From: Lama guanicoe
Taxonomy: Eukaryota
DNA length: 62,000 nt
Reading direction: 5' to 3'
Assembly (NCBI GenBank): GCA_013239625.1
Contig: MU054212.1
Span: 4,136,650 to 4,198,649 of the forward strand
Under the pieces are notes generated by a model. It saw only the letters and a list, made by a program, of their open reading frames with translations, was not told the origin of the DNA and made no database searches. How positions within the stretch are numbered: position 1 is the first letter of the stretch; every line of letters begins with the position of its first letter. Made by a program: the position numbers and the translations under genes. Below, piece by piece: positions 38,081 through 50,299 of this stretch.

Positions 38081-38906
38081 AAGCAATGTTGTAAGTCTTT
38101 AGAGAATCAAATTAATATATATTCAAAACTTTATAATATTTATTATCTGCAAATGAATAAAATGGTATGTTAGGAAACAATTAGATTTTGATTAACCAAT
38201 CTTTAATAAAAGAAAATAACTTTTAGCACCTTGAAATCATTTTAAAAAGTAGATCATAGAAGCTCAGAGAGGCATTTACTTATGCAAATGTCAAGACAGA
38301 TAACAGGCTAGCTTTTTCTCACACACCACAATCTCCAGTATCAGTCTCCTTCCCCAAATAATGGCAAAATGAAATATCTGGTTAAAATGTGAGAATATAC
38401 AGTGGTTGTATTTTTAATCAATAGCCTATTTGTTAGCATCAAATGTACATACAGATGATGGCAGAAATACAGCAGGATGATTAGCAATATGGAAATGTAG
38501 ATGGAAGCAACTGAAATTGCTGACACTAGAGAACTTTTGACCTGTAAAAATGGCAGCTTCATATGGTTCATTCTAATAGATATTTGACTACTAACAAAAA
38601 TTAGAGTTCTGAAAAGACATCTCTAAGTGAGACGTTTGACTCTATGAACTGTATTGAATTAACAGGATCTGTTTTTAAGAATCTTTTTAAAAGTTGACAT
38701 GTAGCTGGGCTCCACATTCGTGATATCTGTATCCAAAAAACCTTGGTACTCTTCTTTAACTGAAGAGGGCACAGTCCATGGTGTAACTTTAACATGTATA
38801 TTATATCTTCAGTTCCTTCAACACTCTTAAATTATCCAGACATTTTTAGGCATGGAAATAATCCAAGTCTACTAAAACTAATTTGTTTCTTCTTTGATGC
38901 TTACAG

Positions 38907-39037
38907 GAATTTGGATTCCTATTTTTGCACGACCTATCAATGATAGGCTTGTAATTTTGTGGATGATGTTATAATTAATTGCTTATCTCTGTATCAGATT
39001 GTTATTCAACCTGGCCTAGCTCTTGAAAAACTAGAAT
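38907..39037 (+). other. Candidate non-coding/UTR exon
   Basis: Branch-like 'actaat' and pyrimidine tract 'ttgtttcttctttgatgcttacag' precede 38907; donor 'aat|gtaagt' follows 39037. Lies in repeat-free sequence; stops in all three frames. Alternative acceptor at 38997. Confidence 0.3.
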
Positions 39038-39667
39038 GTAAGTGTCTGGTTTAAATTTCCATCCATTTTCATCGTAACATGGCAGAGCTCTCTTTACGTC
39101 GGCCATATGCATTTGCATACAGAGATACATTTGGGAGATGTCAGCTGGTTTGCAGTTCTTGGTATAACATTACTGTGTAATGTAAATATTTATATATCTA
39201 GATGATTTTGGTAATGGATTGAGTTGTGTCATAGTGTCACAATACTTGATCCTTGTAATGTGTTTTCTTCTTTGGATCATTTAATTTTGTTAGGCGGACA
39301 TGTTTTATTTCCTAACGACAGAAAGAGAGCATCGTCTTTTCTGAATTCTAGGTACCCTCTTTCCCCCATCTCCTCTGTAAGAGTTGAGGCATTAAAGCTA
39401 ATCTTTTGCATTTGAAGGAAGATTTTTCTTATTTTTATTTAGGGGCTGCCTTTGTCTTTCTCATTTTTAAATTGTGTGCGGTCAGACCTGGTTAATCTGA
39501 ATTAGTATGCAAAATCCATTGTAGAATGAAATAGAAATCAGTACAGCAAGTCAAGGGGACACATACAGAGAAAAAGGCTGAGAAGCTGAATCACTTTCAT
39601 CACAATACTAAGGGAGATATTTTTCTTCATAACAGCACATTTATTGTCTGTGTTTCCTTACACTAAC

Positions 39668-39855
39668 CCAAGATTTCTGAACCTTCACACTCGACATTTT
39701 GGACCAGATAATTCTTGTTTCTGGCTGTGCATTGTGGAGAATTTAGCAACTTCCCGGGCCTCAGATGCCAGTGGCACCCCAAACCCCAATTGTCTCAGGA
39801 CATTGCCAGATGTCTCATGGGGGCCAAAAATTGCTCTAAGTTGAGAACCACCTCT
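39668..39855 (+). mobile_element. MER20 hAT MITE
   Basis: 'gacattttggaccagataattcttgt...gtgcattgt...agatgccagtggcaccc...gacattgccagatgtc...gttgagaaccac'. Confidence 0.9.
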
Positions 39856-40297
39856 GTAACCCCTCTAAAATGTTGATTTAGCTATAGGCAGCCAGGGAAA
39901 ATAAAGCACAAATTTATATCCCTCATGTTTCAAAATCAATTAAAGTTGACCATGACAGCCAGTAAAAGGACTCAAAATGCTACCCAGGACTGTACTTGGC
40001 AACTGGTAGTAGGCTCGAAGGGATCTGAATATGGTGTCATGAAGACAGGCAGGCACCTTTCTTACCTGTTAGCACCTAATAAATGCCACACACTGAGAAG
40101 ATGGCTAGTAAAAAGGGCTTATTATTGGATGCTCATCAAGTACAAATATAATTTGCATATATAGACATACTAGTCACTAAAATCCTATATTTGAATTTTT
40201 AAATTGTTGCCAATTGATAGGCACTGTGCTTCTGCTATTTCACCCACAAAAACTACAATTTATCTTACCCAGGAAGGGTGTTCAGATGGTTGGAAAC

Positions 40298-40775
40298 TAT
40301 ATTGGTTCCCTATGGCCGCTGTGACAAATGACCACAGCCTGACGTTTGAAAACAACACAAATTTATTCTTTTATGGTTCTGGAGGTCAGAAGTCCAAAAT
40401 CAGTTTCACTGAAGTCAAAATGTTGGCAGGTCTAGTTCCTTCTGAAGACATTGAGGGAAAAATCCATTTCTTTATCTTTTCTAGCTTCTAGTGGCCTTTG
40501 GTATTCTTTGACTTGTGACCCCCTTCTTCCATCTTCAAAGCATATCACTACAAAACTTTATTTCCATTGTCATATGACCTTTTCTCTGCCTCCCTCCTAC
40601 AAGGACACTTGTGATGGCATTTAAGACTCACCTGGAAAATACAGGGTAATATCTCCATCTCAAGATCCTTAATTTAATCACATTTGCAAAGTCTCTTTTG
40701 CCATCTAAAGTAACTTTCATAGATTCTGGGGTCTTGAACCTAGACATCTTTGGGACCATTAGTCAGCTTGCAGAG
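40298..40775 (-). mobile_element. MaLR LTR (MLT1C/D-like)
   Basis: 'aaacaacacaaatttattc...gttctggaggtcagaagtccaaaatcag...ctcaagatccttaatttaatcacatttgcaaagtc'. Confidence 0.9.
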
Positions 40776-40949
40776 AAACAGCTTCTACTCCAAGGGAACA
40801 TGGAAAACAAAACAAAATAGAAACCTCTAAAATAAAAAAAGCCCACCCTAGGAAGAACTTTGAAAGTCTCGAGTCACATGTCTATCTCTGAATCTACAGG
40901 TGGTTGAAGACAGTCCCATCCAATTCACATAGAATTAATCTCCCCGGGA

Positions 40950-41190
40950 AATGGCTAAAATTTATGAAGCACTTAATATGCGCCTGTCACCATGATAAGC
41001 ACCTTTCTTAGATTGTTATTTAATCCTGACAAGTATCTTATAAGTAAAGAATACTAATTACCTATGTTTTACAGATGAGAAAATTGAGGCACAGAGAGGT
41101 AATAACTGGTAACAAAGTCATGGAGAAGTGGGATATGAATCCAAAAATTTTTATTTCGGAGCATGAATGTTTAACTTTGATATGATGCTG
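40950..41190 (-). mobile_element. MIR SINE
   Basis: 'ttttacagatgagaaaattgaggcacagagaggt' core with flanking MIR sequence. Confidence 0.9.
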
Positions 41191-41259
41191 GGTTAAAAAT
41201 GAAAGTCAGGGAGAATCAAAAGATCTCCACCACCATCCATGAAAATGTTATCATTCTAC

Positions 41260-41652
41260 TGTCAAGGATTGAGTTCTCCAGAAGCAGATGCTGTGATGCA
41301 GTTTGGGACATAAGATGTTCATTTGGGATCAGTATCTGTGAAAGATAGGGGAAGGGGGCAGATATGAGCAGAAGAAGTCAAATTCTGATACAGATTTGAC
41401 AAAGTCTTGGTCAACTCAATGAGGATCTGCCTACTCAAGGATCCTGCATTGTCTCCATTATAGCTGGACCTTAATTCCCTCACCTCGCTCAGTCAATGAC
41501 GTAGCTGCTCTGGGAAGAGCAAAGAGGCTCTTCGCAGCTCAAGAGGACTCTCAAAGAGCCAACAGCTGGAGGCTGTCTGCTGACCTCAATTCTTACAGCT
41601 GGACAAAGAACTCTTTCTTAGAGGGAGCGGGGGCACATCTCTGTGCCCAGCA
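41260..41652 (-). mobile_element. ERVL-class solo LTR (LTR16/33/41-like)
   Basis: 'tgtc...gagttctccagaagcagatgctg...gggatcagtatctgtgaaag...acagctggaggctgtctgctgac'. Confidence 0.7.
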
Positions 41653-41668
41653 CTTCTATCATTTAGAC

Positions 41669-41831
41669 CAGTCTTCAACCTTGACCGCATATTAGAATCA
41701 TGTGGGGGAATCATTGAAAAATATCAGGGTCTTACACTAGTCTAATTAAATCCAAATCTAGAATATGACATCAGCATTTTAATAGAATCCCCAAGGTGAT
41801 TCTAATGTGAGACCAGGATTGAAAATTATTG
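41669..41831. mobile_element. MER5-type hAT MITE
   Basis: Quasi-palindromic 'tcaaccttg...catattagaatca' / 'ggtgattctaatgtg...aggattgaaaattattg'. Confidence 0.8.
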
Positions 41832-43996
41832 ATAGAGAGCAAGACTTAGAAAGTCAGTAATATTTTAGATCTTCCAAAAATAAGATGGGAAAAAACCTAT
41901 CTTTGAAAACCATTTGAGTTGTTGAGAAATTCATTTGTGATAAGGTATCTATAAATCCATCTTTTAATTAGTTTTTTTTGCAACTAATTTTCATACACAC
42001 AGATATAATTAGAAAGAAACACGTATACACACACACACCTACGTACACAAATATATAACTTCATATAATTTTTGCTTAAGTGTTTCAGAATCCCCCCCAA
42101 GCCTGCTCATATGGTGTTGAAAAAAAGATAGTTTTTTTTATTCTTCTGGTCTTTTAATAGCTCTCTCTGAAAAACTTAGTTCTTCAGCACCATGGAATCT
42201 CAGATGGATGAATTTCCAATTATCTATTTATAAATGAAATTCTGACCTCGCTGCTGGAAAGGTCACACCTAGTGTGATCTCTCAGCCATATGGCTGAGAA
42301 AATGAAGTGGTAAGTTTATTCTTCTGAGATATATGTTGATGCCTCGGCTAATTAGTCTTCTCTAAATTTATGTCACTGCTGTTAGAAGACATGAGACAGA
42401 GAAAATCTATGATATTTAGTTAATAATACACCAACTTACTTTGAAATGAAGCCAGGTTTCCCAACTGGTAATCTTAATTAGGGGAGCGATAAGTGCAGTC
42501 TTAGAATGCTGAATTACGCACGTTAGTCACTCTTGTTTTCGCTTGAACTGGAATATTTTATAGCCAAGATTGAATTTGTTCATACTTGTAATTGTTAGTT
42601 TAGTAAAAATTCCTTATTGTATTTTATTGGGGTACCTGGCTCTGCTTCTGTTTTTCCTGTTGCTCATGGTTAAGATCACTTGCATCTCCTAACTCAGACT
42701 TTGCAACCAATTCTGACTCAAAGACCAAGGTGACTATAAAAGACTTCAGTCAGAAAATTTCTGGTTTATCCATCACTCCTTGAACCCTTAACTGTTTCTC
42801 CATTGCCTAATACCTGCCCTTTGAGATGCCAAGAGCTTACCTGGATTTGCAATGACTGCCCAACTCTTGAATCTTTGTTAACAGCAGCCTGTTCCCTATT
42901 TGGAGTAAAAATATTGAATCTTGGTCTTAGCACTAACTTTTGGCAAACGGAATTTTTTGTTTCTTTTCCTTGTCTTCTTTTTTCCTAATAAATGGATATT
43001 TGGGGTTTGGTGATGGATCTGCAGTCTCCTGTTTCTGAGTGTCTACCCAGCTTCTCCATAATACTTTCTTGCTCTCGGACTTTGACCAGCACAGAAGGTC
43101 TTTTGGAAACCCTTCCAGCTTTAACAAGTTTTATGTACTTTCCAAATCATAAACATTCTCTTAATATAACTCCAGACTTTAAACATCATTCACCTCTGGC
43201 TTAGAATTTTACTTGGATATTAAATATGGCAGCAGATTCTTAAATCTCAAATTTGGTATTAAAAATGTTAACATATATATAATGGTCAACCCTATTTATA
43301 ACAATATGCATCTTGGGATAGTGAACAAAAAGAATTAAAAATGAGGTCAAGGTCATTATGTTCTAAAGTAGACTGCGAGTTGTTGATATATTGCTGTTGC
43401 TAAATCATCAAAGTATGGAACAGCAATCACTTATTGCCTGTGAGTAGAAGGTGATTGATAAGAGAGGTAAAATGTCTAATATGATTTGCATGGTCAGTCA
43501 CCTTTTAAAGTTGTGTGCTTGTTTTCTTGTTACTCAGTGAAAGAAGGTTATGTCTATATTTCCCTTTCATACTGGGATAACATAGTTCCTGTCATATAAA
43601 AATATATCACGTAAGTCATATTTACCATAAAATAATAACACATATCTTTTGACTGAAAAAAAAGGCCAAGTGGGAAGCATTGTATAGCCTAAATGTTGAA
43701 ACGACTTAAGAAAAAAATAAAGAACACTTGCAAAAGAAATAAAAATACACCTAAGAAAATATTGGGGGAAATAAAGTTTGCATGGGTGGGTACATAAACC
43801 ATTAACTTTTCTAACATTTGGTTCTGTACCTGCTCTTTCAAGCGTTGCCTGCCCATTGTCTCTGGAATACAGTTTTCAGCCTGATCTTTAAGTCCATCAG
43901 TGACATGATGTAAACCTAATATCTCTAAGTATTTATGTTCTTGCCCTCTTATCATGTGGGGTTTTGAGAGACCTGTAATCTTTAGATGAAAACAAA

Positions 43997-44110
43997 TGTA
44001 TATATACACAAATATATATATGTATATATACATATATACACAGACATGTATGTATGTATGATCTATTTGTATCTGTCTGTATCTCTGTATCTATATATCT
44101 ATCTATCTAA
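43997..44110. repeat. Compound (TA)/(TATG)/(TATC) simple repeat
   Basis: Directly visible interrupted repeats. Confidence 0.8.
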
Positions 44111-44111
44111 C

Positions 44112-44672
44112 ACATACCAGTCAGAGACCATCAGGAACATATCTTTAGAGAAAGTTGTGTTTATTGGTGCTTCTTGCAATAAGAGAGACTACGTGTAATG
44201 GGAAATCAGAAAAGGGGTGTTAGATGGGGTTTGCTGTAAGATTAGACTTTGTGTTAGGATTTTGATGAGCTTGTGAAGGTTTGGTCGGGTACTCTCAGAG
44301 AGTAGGGAGAATTCTATGAATTGCTATCTAAGTGTGTTCCATCTGTGGTGCAGGAGGAATAGGGTGAGGCTAAAAACTCCACTTGGTAAGTAAACAGCAG
44401 TCACTGGTGTTAGCTGGGGGAAATGCCACATTTGCTCATTTTTGTAGTTTGTCTTATCTGTGTTTGTCTGCTTGATCTTGTCTTATCTGTGCTCAAACAT
44501 GAGTATGAAGTGGACTTGTCTCTGTCTTGCTCCATGAGGGTCACAGAAGTCTCTGCCGAGGCTGCTGTTTTGTGAAATTGTTTGTGCTCAGTAGGAGAAG
44601 CCGTGGCCTGGCTGTGGGTGCCAGGCCAGCTCCTGGCTGACAGCTGTCTGGGCTCTTTTTCCTTCTCTCTCT
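44112..44672 (-). mobile_element. ERV1-class solo LTR (old MER4-group, MER67-like)
   Basis: Minus-strand AATAAA near 44160; blocks 'taaacagcagtcact', 'ttgtgaaattgtttgtgctca'; end 'gggctctttttccttctc'. Confidence 0.6.
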
Positions 44673-45259
44673 CTAAATATATGTGTATATGTATATAACC
44701 ATATTTAGGATCATCTATTGCATTATTTTCATGTTTTATTTGTATTCATGTTTATAATATTATTGGCACCAAGAAGGACTACCTTAAATGTTGAAAGGAA
44801 ACTAGAAGAGAATTTGGCTTACTATGTAAATCATGTAATAGCACGAACAGTTGCTAATTAATGTCTTTGTAGCCTACAAGCAAGGGTATCCTGGTGGTTT
44901 GGGCATAGAAGAACAGTGGGACAACTGAGTTTTCACACAGCATATGGTAATACACAGACATGACAAATTCAGAAGGACCTGAATTTTAACTTTTTCATAT
45001 TTTGAGCAGTGATTTACTTGCAAATATATCATTTATTATATTGCACTAATATTCTTGATATGAATTTTTCTGATGTGGTAGTTTTTAATGTGTTTTATAA
45101 AAGCTTTAATTTTATATTTGGATAAGAACTTTAACAGAAGGTACTTAAACAGGTTCTATAATGTGCATCCATACATTTTATTAAAATAAGAAATAATTAA
45201 CCATATGACTACGAAACTGTTTCCTTTTAGATATTTCTGACCTCAAGTTTGAGTAGACC

Positions 45260-45625
45260 GCTAGACGACTTGCCTTCCCCTCAATACACCTGTGATTTCT
45301 ATTTTACATATTTGCTAGTGTTTTTTTTTAAGTTTACCTGAATGAAATTCCTTTCAATACTCTCTCTTGAAATCTTGCACATTCTTCACGGCCCATCTCA
45401 AATGTCACCTATCTTATCAGTGAAGTGGAATTTAACCCTTCTTTCTCTGTGCTTTTATCACATTCCAAACTGAAAGACTGTCTACATGTTCCACGAGGCT
45501 CTATTTATCTGGGTAGCAGTCCTCTAACTTGTAAGCTCCTTAAGGAGTTTCACATTAGTGATTACTTTCTCCATATTTTTAATATAATTTTTGGCACATA
45601 AAATACACTAATAAGCATTATTTTG
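45260..45625 (+). mobile_element. L2 3' end
   Basis: 'ttcttcacggcccatctcaaatgtcacct', 'ttgtaagctcctt', 'ttggcacata...aataa'. Confidence 0.7.
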
Positions 45626-45789
45626 CATAAAATTAAGGTGATTAATTATTTGAAAATTACTAGAGTTTCACCAAAAGTTGCAGACATCAGAGTATTAGTT
45701 TTGAGATGAAAAACACCAATGTCACTTAATAAATATCTAGAAATATGATGAAATAAAGGAAACGTGGTCTTTATTTGCCATTAGAGTAA

Positions 45790-46050
45790 TAATTGTCATT
45801 ATAGCAAATACTCACTATAAGCTGACTGTATGTCAGGCATCTCGTAAAAAGTGACTTTGTAAAAACTCATTTAATTTCTGCATCATTCCTCTGAGGTAGA
45901 AATAATTATCATCTCCATTTTACAGATGAGAAAACAGAGGCCCAGTAAAGTTAAGTAGCTCACTCAGGGTCACATATTTACCAAAAGTAGAATCAGTTGC
46001 CAAATCTAGTTTTGGCTCACAGTCAATGGCATAATTAAAGACATTTAAAT
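45790..46050 (-). mobile_element. MIR SINE
   Basis: 'ccattttacagatgagaaaacagaggcccag...gttaagtagctcactcagggtcaca'. Confidence 0.9.
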
Positions 46051-47264
46051 GGTAAAAATATGAATCCAACTTAGCTAGAAATTTACTTTCAATGTAAAAA
46101 CATTTGGATCTGAAAATGATTTTCAGGGCATATTGTGAACTCTTTTTAGGGTATCTGGAAGTAAATGGCATGGGAAATTCTTCTTCAGAGCTACATTTTT
46201 AAGAGTTTTCCATAGTTTATAGTTTCCTTCAAATAAGACGTTTAATGTTTCTACACATTTCCTACTTGACTGTTTTAGAAAATAATTATGACATTCAATT
46301 ACAATAAATATGCAAAGATTTTCCTGTGAAGTGAATTTGAAAGCTCAAAATGCTTAATGCTGTCACATAGTTCGAGGTCATTATTAGTCCCTACCAGCTC
46401 ATAAATGAGTCCTCTTTGATGGAATTTTATAACACTATTTCTAGTTATGTGGAAATCCTGTCTATTCACAGTAAGAAACTAAAGCTTTATTATAATAATT
46501 TGCAGCAAATATACTGGAGTAGAAATTGTACAGTGTTTTTCCTCCAGATCCACATAGATGACTAACATTTAAAAGGCTGAAATTGTATTAGACACTTCAA
46601 TTATTAAATGACAAAAATGTTCCAAGAAAGATGATAAAGACTTTATTCATGTTTGACCTGTGATTCAATTTTGCTCATTTTTAAAAATAATTTGTTTCCA
46701 TGTTTTGTTCAATAAATTGCAGATGACTCATATTCATCAGAATAAGCTTAATTGGCATGTAATAGGGAATTAGGCCAGAACATTTTTGGAATGCCCAAAT
46801 CAAGAGCAAATGAAGCTTATGGAATGCCCCTCTTCTGAACCAAATCATACACAAATGCATAAATTCACTTTCAATTGAAAAACAGAGTTACAATTAGAGA
46901 AAGTTGACTTCCCAGGGTCGTATCAATAACTACCTTATGGACACAGGAGGGACAGATAACTGAAGGGATAATTTAAAGGACCAAAAAATACAAGTAATTT
47001 CTTCAGAAATTAGGCCAATTCCAATTTACATAGTGAAGCTGTTAGAGTTAAATACCAGTTCTAGTTGGCACCTAAATGATTTTCAGATCTAGAGTCCTTC
47101 AAAGCATTACAGTAGAATATTAGCCTTCAGTTATTATGAAAATATAAGGTTGGATTTGCTGTTTATTATTTTCCCTGTAGCTGTGTATCTAAATTTGGAA
47201 TCATCACAAACTTTAAGAATATTCTCCAAATTTTAAATAGCTATCCTTGAATAAATACTTTGGG

Positions 47265-47390
47265 CAAAAAATATGAAACCCAGTGAAGTTACTTGCCCAG
47301 TGCCACACAATTAATTATTTGAAATATGAACTAGAACTCAAGCCTCCTGGTTTTTTGGACAGTGCTGCTGCTACCACAGTATATGCTACC
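47265..47390 (-). mobile_element. MIR fragment
   Basis: 'gttacttgcccagtgccacacaatta...actagaactcaagcctcctg'. Confidence 0.7.
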
Positions 47391-48123
47391 AATGCGTAGA
47401 CACAAGATGAAATCTCATTTAAGCAGGATAGTGTTTAAATTGGGTGAGCAGTTTCAGTTTAGCATAGCAAACTGAGTACTTCTTTACTTCTGATCCATTT
47501 TTAGAGCCCAGTGAAATAAAAACAGAAAGGAATATAAACTAAATTTAATGAAGGGAACAGTAAGAGGAGCTACTGGAGACTGGGACATTGTAACATATTT
47601 TTGGAAGTTAGAAAGAACATGGAAGATTGTTAATGGAGAAAACACATCCGAGTCCAGAATATTCTAGAGGAGACTACAGGAATAAATAGAACTTACTTGC
47701 AGTTAGGTAAAACTTTAGGAAATAACTGTGGTAGAGAAAGGGATTAAAAAAACTGAGTTGAAAATAAAGGAATTAATTGAAGTCCTCTACATAGAAATAT
47801 CAATTCCTCTTCATTCCAAACAATTTTTTGGTCCTTTATCTAAAAATAACTTTGAGGGAGAGTTAAGACCTCTAGAGTGATTGCTGTGCTTCACAAAGTA
47901 GAGCCTTCCTCATTTCTGGCTTCTGAGGATGGACACATCTGATACAGTCTCTTAATCGCCTTACCCTAAGTTGAAGCCTGCTAGTGAGATGCTGTGCAGC
48001 CCCTCCAGAAATACTTGCCACTCAGAGGAAGGAATGACAAGGACACCTACCATTTTATCTAGTAGCAGACAATGCACACACTCTCCGTTTTAATTCTTAT
48101 ATGTTGGGGAACCAAGAATGACA

Positions 48124-48562
48124 TGTTGAAATTTAGGTTTCCCATCAAGTTGACTCTGTTTTAGTAATCATGCAGGGAGTTCATGAAGGAGAGGTCTTGG
48201 GATCAACATCTGTAGGTAGGGAGATGTGATGGGATTGGGTAAAGGGAGAAATGGTGCTGTGATTCATCTACAACAAGGACAGAGCTGACCCTCCAGGGGA
48301 TTTTGAAATTGCTATAGTCCTTCAAAGATTTTGGAGCAAGTTTTCTGGGGCTTTACTTACTGTTGTCGATTAGACATTGCGTGTGAGCTGCCCTAAGGAA
48401 AGCACATGACCTTTGGCTAAGTGGAACACCCAGCTAAGGCATTTCAAGCAGGGGACTGACAGCTGAGAGGGGTCAGCTGACAACTACCCCAGCAGTTGGG
48501 GGAATAAATGCTTTAGTCCTACAGGGGAAATATGATTGACACACCATAGCATAATCTACACC
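48124..48562 (-). mobile_element. ERVL-class solo LTR, related to 41260-41652
   Basis: Shared blocks 'ttgggatcaacatctgt', 'ggattgggtaaagggagaa', 'gacagctgagagg..tcagctgac'. Confidence 0.7.
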
Positions 48563-49407
48563 ACAGATGTATGAGAAAAAAGTATGAAATAGAATCAAAA
48601 TTTAATAAATGGAAAACTACTACCCTGGGAGAAAAAAAATCAATTTGCAAAATAGATGGGTGGGGAGAAACCTCTAACAGTCCAAGAGATGCAACAGATC
48701 ATTATACCAATAAAGATACAATTGTATAATTGTAAAATCTACATTAGAGCAAGAAAGTATTCTCATAGATTAAAAAATAGTATGAAAATAAATATAAAAA
48801 TTCAATTAAAAGTTATGAAACTAAAGTTAAGCATGTCTCTTAAGAATGTAGAGCAAAAATCAAGAGGCCGAAAAGCAGGTGAATAGATGAATAGTCATTC
48901 TAACAATGGACTAAAAGGAGTACAGAAAGAGAGAGCAGAGAAAATGGAAGAAAATATCAGGAAAATAATAGAAGATAACCTTCAGAGGAAGGAGACACTC
49001 TTCATACTGAAGGGGCTCTTGATGCTCGGAGACGTCTCCTTAGGTTGGTTCGGGGAATGGAACATTGGATTCAGAGAGAGCAACATAAAATCCTAGTACA
49101 CTAAATGTTTAATAGATATTAATAATGTAAACTGTTTATTGGATTTTAGATTATACAGCCAATTTAGGACCAAGCACAGAAAGCTTAATTAACGTTTTAG
49201 AATGAGAAATAGATCTTTAAAACCTCAATAATGTAAAAGTTAGAGCATAGCTGATCTAGATGGAATGTGTGTCTGGGCCATCAGATCTGAGCTGAAAGAG
49301 GCTGAAGAAAGGACAAGGAGACCAGTCACGTTTTACATCATTTTCCACAGATGGGAGTGTCAGGAGTTGTGACTCAGTTTTACTCTAAGTTATGAGCTAA
49401 GTTAGCC

Positions 49408-50299
49408 TGTTGCTGTTTTACAGAAGCTGGTAGAAAAGCCAAGGCTACTGGGTCAGAGCCAAAGGACTTACTACTCACAGCAGAGAGCAGTGTGAGCATC
49501 TTGTTTGAGTCAGTTTTTCTTTCCTCCCTGGGTCTAATAGAATGCTGTGCACGCAGTGGGTTTGCACTACAGGTGAGGGACACTGAGCTTGGTGAATCCA
49601 CATCTTTTTTAGCAGGCATTAAACAAGACTGCTCTTTGCCCCAGAGGATGTATTACTGCTATCGAGTCCAAACTCATTCTGCTTGCCACATGACAGACCA
49701 GTAAATCAGGAGATGAAGTGTTGGGGCAAGGAATAATCATTTTATTTGGAAAGCCATCAGACTGAAAAGATGGCAGACTGATGTCCCAGAGAACCATCTT
49801 CCCGATGTCAGAATTCAGGCTCCCTTTATACTAACTGGGGAGGAGATACGGTTGGTTGTTGAAAGCTTCTTAGTATTGGAATCCTTTGTTCTTTCTTGCA
49901 GCAGCATGTAGGTCAGGTCACGATGTTCTTGTAAACCTCCAACGAGACAAATGAATGTTGTTCTCTGTTCTGCAACTTTTTATCTCTATATGAATGGAAA
50001 AGTATTAATACCCTTAAGGTCAGAGCCTCGAGAATGGGCTATCCTCCTGTAAGCAACATTCTTTTACAAAAGGTGCAGAGCCAGCATGACTAAGCACAGG
50101 AAACAGAGCACAGGGATGGAGCTTACGGATCAGATCTCATATGGAGTCAGATTTGTTCTTCCCTATTACATTACCTCATCTCTCAAGGTTGCTTACTGCA
50201 AGTACAACCCTGATAAAGAGCAATGAGGCCTTACCTTCTTGACATACCCAACAGAAGGGCACGGCGTGAGAAGCCCACAGAAGACTTTCTTTCCCAACA
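49408..50299 (-). mobile_element. Old solo LTR split by a younger LTR
   Basis: Begins 'tgttg', ends 'cccaaca'; the body is interrupted at 49657-50170. Family not identified. Confidence 0.55.
49657..50170 (-). mobile_element. ERV1-class solo LTR (514 bp) with 4-bp TSD
   Basis: TG ('tgctatcgagtcc') ... CA ('ccctattaca') termini; TSD TTAC at 49653-49656 and 50171-50174; minus-strand AATAAA near 49741 and TATAAAG near 49825. Confidence 0.85.
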
